The translations under genes were made by a program, and so were the position numbers. This document shows positions 58,384 to 64,000 of a stretch of DNA of 64,000 nucleotides, in pieces. Location of the stretch: the NCBI GenBank assembly GCA_964242935.1, contig CAXTDA010000001.1:1350-65349 (forward strand), read 5' to 3'. The notes under the pieces were generated by a model. That model was not told where the DNA came from, searched no databases, and saw only the letters and a list, made by a program, of their open reading frames with translations. How positions within the stretch are numbered: the first letter of the stretch is position 1; each line of letters begins with the position of its first letter. Source of the DNA: an uncultured Burkholderiaceae bacterium. Its GTDB lineage: Bacteria > Pseudomonadota > Gammaproteobacteria > Burkholderiales > Burkholderiaceae_D.

Positions 58384-59973
58384 ATGTCCGACCCCGTTCC
58401 AGCCGTCACGCGCCGCCAGCTCCTGTCGATGATCGGCAGGACGGCGGGCGGCGCGATGATGTACCAGGCAATGACGTCGCTCGGCCTGGCCGGCGAGTCG
58501 TCGTTCCGCGGGTCGCCGACGCTCGAAGGCGCGAAGCCGGGGACGTCGGTGCTGGTGATCGGCGCCGGAATCGCGGGTCTCGTCGCCGCGTTCGAGCTGC
58601 GGAACGCCGGCTATCGGGTCCGCGTGCTGGAGTACAACGACCGGGCGGGCGGACGCGCGTGGACCGTGCGCGGCGGCGACCGCTATGTCGAGCTCGGCGG
58701 CGCGGCCCAGACGTGCGGCTTCGCGGACGGCGAGTACTTCAATCCCGGTCCCTGGCGCATCCCGTATCACCATCACGCGGTGCTGTCGTACGCACATCGC
58801 CTCGGCGTCGCGCTCGAGCCGTTCGTGCAGGTCAACTACAACGCGCTGGTGCACTCGTCGCGCGCCTTCGGCGGCCAGCCGCAACGCTACCGGCACGTGC
58901 AGAGCGACTTCCAGGGCCACGTCGCCGAACTGCTCGGCAAGGCGACGTCGCAAGGCGCGCTCGACGGCGCGCTGTCGCTCGAGGATCGCCAGAAGCTGCT
59001 CGAAGGCCTGCGCCACTGGGGCGCCCTGGACCGGTCGCTCCGCTACCGCGCGAACGAGCGGAGTAGCGAGCATCGCGGCTACGACGTCGACCCGGGCGGC
59101 GGCCTCGCGCCGGCGGCGTTGCCGTCGACGCCGCTCGGCTTCGACGAACTGCTGCGCGGCGAGGTGTGGCGTGCGATCTCCAGCGGTCAGGAGTACGAGT
59201 TCCAGAGCGCGATCTTCCAGCCGGTCGGCGGCATGGATCGCATCGCGAAGGCGATCGCGGCCGAGGTCGCGACCGCGATCCGCTTCGGCGCGAAGGTCAC
59301 GCAGATCGCGCAGGACGACCGCGGCGTGTCGGTGACCTGGGTCGACGCGGCGAGCGGGGCCACGCCGACGACCGAGCGCGCGGACTGGTGCGTCTGCACG
59401 ATCCCGTTGTCGATCCTCGGACAACTCGACCTGCAGGTCGACGCGCCGATGCGGGCCGCGATCGCCGCGGTGCCGTACGAAGCGTCGATCAAGATCGGCC
59501 TGCAGTTCAAGCGCCGCTTCTGGGAACAGGACGAGGCGATCTACGGCGGCATCAGCACCACCGACCTGCCGATCGGCCGCATCTCGTATCCGTCGCACGG
59601 CTACGGCGGGCGCGGCAAGGCGGTGCTGCTCGGCGCGTACACGTTCGGGCCGAACGCGTACGAGTTCACGGCGTTGTCACCGGAAGCGCGCATCGAGGCG
59701 GCGCTCGATGCCGGCAGCCGCCTGCATCCGCAATACCGCGCGGAGTTCGACCAGGGGTTCTCGGTCGGCTGGCATCGCGTGCCGTCCGCGCTCGGCTGCT
59801 TCGGCGGGTGGACCGACGCGGCGCGGAAGGCGCATTACTGGAATCTCTGCGCGATCGACGGCCGCATCGTGCTGGCCGGCGAGCATGCGTCGGACCTGCC
59901 GGCCTGGCAGGAGGGCGCGGTGCTGTCCGCACTCGACGCGATCGAACGCCTGCATCGGAAGGTCGTGGCGTGA
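58384..59973 (+). CDS. Flavin monoamine/L-amino-acid oxidoreductase with Tat-like signal
   Basis: TRRQLL; GAGIAG, RAGGR, FNPGPWRIP, QPVGGMD, LAGEH, WQEGA. Confidence 0.9.
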   Translation: MSDPVPAVTRRQLLSMIGRTAGGAMMYQAMTSLGLAGESSFRGSPTLEGAKPGTSVLVIGAGIAGLVAAFELRNAGYRVRVLEYNDRAGGRAWTVRGGDRYVELGGAAQTCGFADGEYFNPGPWRIPYHHHAVLSYAHRLGVALEPFVQVNYNALVHSSRAFGGQPQRYRHVQSDFQGHVAELLGKATSQGALDGALSLEDRQKLLEGLRHWGALDRSLRYRANERSSEHRGYDVDPGGGLAPAALPSTPLGFDELLRGEVWRAISSGQEYEFQSAIFQPVGGMDRIAKAIAAEVATAIRFGAKVTQIAQDDRGVSVTWVDAASGATPTTERADWCVCTIPLSILGQLDLQVDAPMRAAIAAVPYEASIKIGLQFKRRFWEQDEAIYGGISTTDLPIGRISYPSHGYGGRGKAVLLGAYTFGPNAYEFTALSPEARIEAALDAGSRLHPQYRAEFDQGFSVGWHRVPSALGCFGGWTDAARKAHYWNLCAIDGRIVLAGEHASDLPAWQEGAVLSALDAIERLHRKVVA

Positions 59974-60383
59974 GCGGCGGCTCGCGGATCGCGCTGGCGC
60001 TCGTCGGCGCGGCGTTGTGCACCGGTTCCGCGGTCGCCGCCGATGTTCCGTCTTTCTCGAAGGGTCGCGGCTTCGACGCGCGATCGGGCGAGGCGCTCTA
60101 CCGCTCGATCTGCCAGGGCTGTCACATGACGGACGGACGCGGAGCGGTCGGCGCCGGCCGCTATCCGTCGCTGGTCGCCGACGCCCGGCTCGCGACCGCC
60201 AGCTATCCGGTGCTGATGGTCCTGAACGGCAACGGCGCGATGCCGTCGTTCGCGGGCGCGCTCGACGACGCGCAGGTCGCGGCGGTGGTCGGCTACGTCC
60301 GCACCCACTTCGACAACCGTTACGACGACGCGGTCGCACCGGCGCAGGTGACTGCCCTGCGAACGCGTCCGGCGCCACGCTGA
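59970..60383 (+). CDS. Monohaem cytochrome c
   Basis: Signal peptide, CQGCH, distal Met in GAMPSF; GTGA overlap. Confidence 0.9.
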   Translation: MSGGSRIALALVGAALCTGSAVAADVPSFSKGRGFDARSGEALYRSICQGCHMTDGRGAVGAGRYPSLVADARLATASYPVLMVLNGNGAMPSFAGALDDAQVAAVVGYVRTHFDNRYDDAVAPAQVTALRTRPAPR

Positions 60384-60397
60384 AGAGAGAGCCCACC

Positions 60398-60901
60398 ATG
60401 CCGATCCCCCGAGTCCTCGCCGTGTCCTTCGCCGTCGTCGTCGCCGGTTGTGCGACGCCGCCCGAGATCATGCGGCGACCGCTGCCGAACTCGACGTTCC
60501 CGATCTCGTCGTCGGTCGAGGTCAAGGGCGATGTGTCGACGATCTACCTGTCCGGGCAGGTTCCGCCGAACGTCGATCCGACGCCGGCGCCGGACCGTCC
60601 GCCCGTCTACGGCCGAGACACCGAGGCGCAGGCGACCGCCATCCTGCAGAACATCGCGAAGACGCTCGACGGCATCGGACTGACGATGGGCGACGTCGTG
60701 AAGATGCAGGTGTTCCTGGTCGGTGATCCGGCCTTGGGCGGCAAGATGGACAACGCAGGTTTCAGCCGCGCCTACACGCAGTTCTTCGGCACCGCCGCGC
60801 AGCCGAACACGCCGGCGCGCTCGGTGTTCCAGATCGTGGCGCTGAGCAACCCGGCCTGGATGCTCGAGATCGAGGTGGTCGCGGTCCGACGCCGACCGTA
60901 G
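60398..60901 (+). CDS. RidA/YjgF family protein with lipoprotein signal
   Basis: VAGC lipobox; YLSGQVP, DVVKMQVFL, PARS, LEIEVVA. Confidence 0.88.
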   Translation: MPIPRVLAVSFAVVVAGCATPPEIMRRPLPNSTFPISSSVEVKGDVSTIYLSGQVPPNVDPTPAPDRPPVYGRDTEAQATAILQNIAKTLDGIGLTMGDVVKMQVFLVGDPALGGKMDNAGFSRAYTQFFGTAAQPNTPARSVFQIVALSNPAWMLEIEVVAVRRRP

Positions 60902-60905
60902 CCGC

Positions 60906-62156
60906 TCACACCGGGGCAGGCCCCCGCGTCGGTCCGCTCGGCGAGTCGACCTTCACGACCCGCCCCGTCTCCGCCGCGCCATAGATCGCGGCGATCAGGC
61001 GCATGTCCTGGAGCCCCTCGGCGCCGCCGGTGTGCGGCTGCGTGCCGGTCGCGACGCATGCGCTCATGTGGTCGATCTCCTTCATGAACTGGTCGGCCTC
61101 GCGGATCATCGGCTCGAACGCGGTCTCGACGCCGTCGACGAGCGAGCTGCCGCGCAGCTTCAGGCCGTTGTACGAGAACGCCGGGTCCATCTCGGCCCAG
61201 CCCGTCGTCCCGTTGACCCGGAGGAAGCGCGAGAGGTGCGCCCCGTAGCTGGTCGAGCATTGCGCCATCAGGCCGCTCGGATAACGCAGCTGGAAGTGCA
61301 CCGTCTCCTCGATCTCGCGGAAGCGCGGATCGTCGGGTGTCGAATAGACCTGCGCGACCACCTCGGTCGGCTCCTCGCCGGACAGGAAGCGGGTCGCGTT
61401 GAGGCAGTAGATGCCGACGTCGGGCAACGCCCCGCCGCCGGCGAGCGCGCGGCGGTGACGCCACTGCGGCGTGTTCGCCTCGTTCTGCGAGTTGCACGCG
61501 AGGATCTGCTTGATGGTGCCGAGCCGGCCCTCGCGCATCAACTTGCCGAGCGCCTGGTTGTGCGGTTCGTACTGCTGCCGGTACGCGATCATCAACAGCT
61601 TCTTCGCGCGGTCGCAGGCGTCGATCATCTGCTGGCACTCGGCGACGCTGTTCGCCATCGGCTTCTCGCACAGCACGTGCTTGCCGATGCGCGCCGCGCG
61701 GACCGTGTACTCGAGGTGCATGCTGTTCGGCAGCACGATGTAGACGGCGTCGACGTCGGCCTGGTCCGCGAGGCGCTCGTAGCCGGCGTAGTCGTAGACG
61801 GCGGTGTCGGGAAGGCCGAGCGACTTCGCGAGCTGCAGACCCTTCGCGCGGTCGCCGGTGACGAGCGCCGTGATCTTCGAGTACTGGGTCTTCGCGAACG
61901 CCGGGACGATGGCCTCCATCGTCAGGTGCCCAATGCCGACCACCGCGTAGCCGATGCGCTTGCCGGGTTCGAGCGGCAGCGGCTTGATGTCGCCCGGCGG
62001 CTCGGTCTTCGGCTCCTGGATCGCTTCGAAACGGATCGTCGGCGTCGGGATCGACGGGGCGGCCGCCGCGGCACCGACCACGCTCGCGGCGAGCGAGCCG
62101 CCGGCCAGGGCGAGGAAGGAACGGCGGGACGGGACTGCAGCGCTCGGAAGCGTCAT
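60906..62156 (-). CDS. Gfo/Idh/MocA oxidoreductase (glucose-fructose oxidoreductase-like), Tat signal
   Basis: SRRSFL; GYAVVGIG, VYIVLPNSMH, CEKPMA, GGGALPDVGIY. Confidence 0.92.
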   Translation of the reverse strand: MTLPSAAVPSRRSFLALAGGSLAASVVGAAAAAPSIPTPTIRFEAIQEPKTEPPGDIKPLPLEPGKRIGYAVVGIGHLTMEAIVPAFAKTQYSKITALVTGDRAKGLQLAKSLGLPDTAVYDYAGYERLADQADVDAVYIVLPNSMHLEYTVRAARIGKHVLCEKPMANSVAECQQMIDACDRAKKLLMIAYRQQYEPHNQALGKLMREGRLGTIKQILACNSQNEANTPQWRHRRALAGGGALPDVGIYCLNATRFLSGEEPTEVVAQVYSTPDDPRFREIEETVHFQLRYPSGLMAQCSTSYGAHLSRFLRVNGTTGWAEMDPAFSYNGLKLRGSSLVDGVETAFEPMIREADQFMKEIDHMSACVATGTQPHTGGAEGLQDMRLIAAIYGAAETGRVVKVDSPSGPTRGPAPV

Positions 62157-62220
62157 TCGACGACCTGCGGGTGACTGGATGGTGGGCGCGCCGACGGGCG
62201 TCGGATGAACGGCGGCGGCA

Positions 62221-62781
62221 TCACTTGCCGACGGCCTCGTAAAGCAGCGCGAGCGTCTTCGCGCCGGTCTCGGTCGTGAAGTCGCCGGCGAGTTCGGCCG
62301 CGAGCGTGACCACCGACGTCATCACCGCGCCGCTGGTGGTCGCGCGACTCCAGGCGGCCGCCTCGGTGCGATCGGAGAAGCCGCCGCACGCATCGATCGC
62401 GATCTGCACCGCGTAGCCGGCCTCGAGCGCGTCGAGCGCGGTGCGCAGCACGACGATCTCCGACGCGACGCCCGCGAGGACCAGCGTCTTCCGACCGGTC
62501 GCGCCCAGCGCGGCGACCAGGCCGTCGTCGCCGAACGCCGTCGTCACCGTCCGCGGACGCGGCTCGACATCGCCGAGCGGTTCCAGGACCGCCTTCAGGA
62601 AGGCGCCGCCGGGCGGGACCGACGACAGGAAGACCGGCAGTCCGTGCAGCATGCTCAGCTTGGCGAGCGCCCCGGCGGTACGGCGCAGCTTGTGGCGGCC
62701 GATCGTCTTGGCGCTGCCGACGATGTGGTCCTGCAGGTCGAGAAAGAGGACGGCGATTTCTTCGGTGTTCACGCTCGGCAT
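62221..62781 (-). CDS. Isochorismatase/YcaC-like protein
   Basis: GGAG RBS; LFLDLQ, ATGRKTLVLAGVASEIVV, DACGG. Confidence 0.82.
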   Translation of the reverse strand: MPSVNTEEIAVLFLDLQDHIVGSAKTIGRHKLRRTAGALAKLSMLHGLPVFLSSVPPGGAFLKAVLEPLGDVEPRPRTVTTAFGDDGLVAALGATGRKTLVLAGVASEIVVLRTALDALEAGYAVQIAIDACGGFSDRTEAAAWSRATTSGAVMTSVVTLAAELAGDFTTETGAKTLALLYEAVGK

Positions 62782-62960
62782 GTCGGCTCCCGGGTGGTCG
62801 ACTGCCGATTGGAGCAGCGGGCGAAACCGACTCGTGTCGGAGACTCTGCGCTCCGCATGTCGGCGGCGCTGGGTGCGTTCGGAACGGCCGGCCGGGATCG
62901 CGTCGACCGTCGCGAGCGTTCTGATGCATGATCCGGGTCTTCGAGACTGGAGCGAACCCG

Positions 62961-63158
62961 ATGACCGAACACGACCCACGAGTCGATGCCCTGTCCGCGA
63001 AGCGGATCGACGTCGACAACGCCGACGAGATGTCGGCCTGGAGCACCGAGCTCGCGCTGCCCGAAGGTCGGCTGCGCGAAGTGATCGAGATGGTCGGCCC
63101 GATGACCGCCGCGATCCGCTTCTACGTCGCGAGCCCGAAGTTCAAGTACGAGCAGTAG
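62961..63158 (+). CDS. DUF3606-like small protein
   Basis: GGAG RBS; RIDV...EMSAWSTEL...LREVIEMVGP. Confidence 0.65.
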   Translation: MTEHDPRVDALSAKRIDVDNADEMSAWSTELALPEGRLREVIEMVGPMTAAIRFYVASPKFKYEQ

Positions 63159-63177
63159 ACGTCGTCGCCGCGACGGG

Positions 63178-63999
63178 TCACGGCCCCTTCAACGCCGTGA
63201 TCAGCTTCTGTCCGTCGGGCACCCCGAGTCCGGTGCACGCGTCCCAGCCGGCCCGGGCCTGATAGGCGCCGTTGTTGCCCGACACGATGTCGCGCATCGT
63301 CGCCCTGACCTTCGGCGACGTGTACAACGCGGGGTTGAGGAAGCCGACCGGCTTCCCGAGCTTCTGGTTCGCGAGCGCGACCAGGCCGGCCCACAGCGGC
63401 GCGACCGCGCTGGTCCCGCCGATCACGAAGTTCTGGCCGTCCACCCGCACTGCATAACCCGACTGCGGGTCGGCATCGCCGGCGACGTCCGGAACGCCGC
63501 GACCGCGACGACCGCCCGGGTTGGCCGACGGCGGAATGCCGGCTGCCGTCTGCCAGGCCGGCACCGCGAAGTGGTCGCTGATCCCGCCGCCGCCGGCGCT
63601 CCGCAGCGGGTCCTCGTTCCACACCACTTCCGACGTGATGCGGCCGTTCGCGACGACGATCTTCGTGCCGCCGCACGCGAGCACGTTCGGGCTCGACGAC
63701 GGGAAGTCGGCGTGCGCGAGACCGTCGGGCTTGCCGTCGTCGGGATTCTGGTCGCCGGAGCCGGCGTCGCCGGACGCGCAGCAGACGGTCACGCCGAGGA
63801 CGCCGGCACCCTTGAACGCCTGGTCGTACGAGTCGAGCGCCTGCGTGGTCCACGTGTTCTCCGGACCGCCCCAGCTGATCGAGAGGACCGACGGCCGGTT
63901 GGTCGTGTCGTGGACCGCGAGCGTGATCGCGTCGAGGAAGCCCTTCGTGGTGTTCGGCGCGAAGTACACGACGATCTTCGCCTTCGGCGCGACGCCGCC
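63178..63999 (-). CDS. Sedolisin/kumamolisin (S53) peptidase, 5' end outside the window
   Basis: [29 protein letters not shown] (catalytic Ser), WDACTGLG. Confidence 0.93.
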   Translation of the reverse strand, partial: GGVAPKAKIVVYFAPNTTKGFLDAITLAVHDTTNRPSVLSISWGGPENTWTTQALDSYDQAFKGAGVLGVTVCCASGDAGSGDQNPDDGKPDGLAHADFPSSSPNVLACGGTKIVVANGRITSEVVWNEDPLRSAGGGGISDHFAVPAWQTAAGIPPSANPGGRRGRGVPDVAGDADPQSGYAVRVDGQNFVIGGTSAVAPLWAGLVALANQKLGKPVGFLNPALYTSPKVRATMRDIVSGNNGAYQARAGWDACTGLGVPDGQKLITALKGP

Positions 64000-64000
64000 C

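Noticed and set aside
1-64000. CRISPR arrays, IS elements, integrases, tRNA/rRNA, phage or defence genes
   Set aside because: None recognisable on either strand by manual reading; small structured RNAs cannot be excluded without a covariance-model search.

Overview
High-GC, gene-dense bacterial DNA, probably Burkholderiales judging by the HPPD and LysR/HMG-CoA lyase cluster style (inference). About 60 CDS; I found no rRNA, tRNA, CRISPR array, integrase or transposase. Roughly 1-40 kb is an accessory-looking aromatic/organic-acid catabolic region: a SphA-type outer-membrane channel, an orphan TRAP binding protein, a Liv-type ABC importer, five MFS carriers, 3-hydroxybenzoate 6-monooxygenase, a CoA-dependent operon built on a salicylate-type adenylation enzyme, a CocE hydrolase between two ABM paralogues, gamma-resorcylate decarboxylase plus hydroxyquinol 1,2-dioxygenase, and a divergent ferredoxin-reductase/VOC/FAH operon. 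Each textbook pathway here lacks its usual partner within the window: no gentisate dioxygenase, resorcinol hydroxylase, maleylacetate reductase, terminal oxygenase or NRPS. This suggests an undescribed hydroxybenzoate/polyphenol route, the best candidate for a novel system. The rest holds a Fur-family/DUF3526-ABC/TonB-receptor module, a LysR-controlled HMG-CoA lyase/CoA-transferase/HPPD region with a duplicated promoter, a Tat-exported flavin amine oxidoreductase-cytochrome c-RidA lipoprotein operon, and a truncated sedolisin. Start codons were re-called from RBS and stop/start overlaps. Family calls come from motif recognition only; no database search was run.
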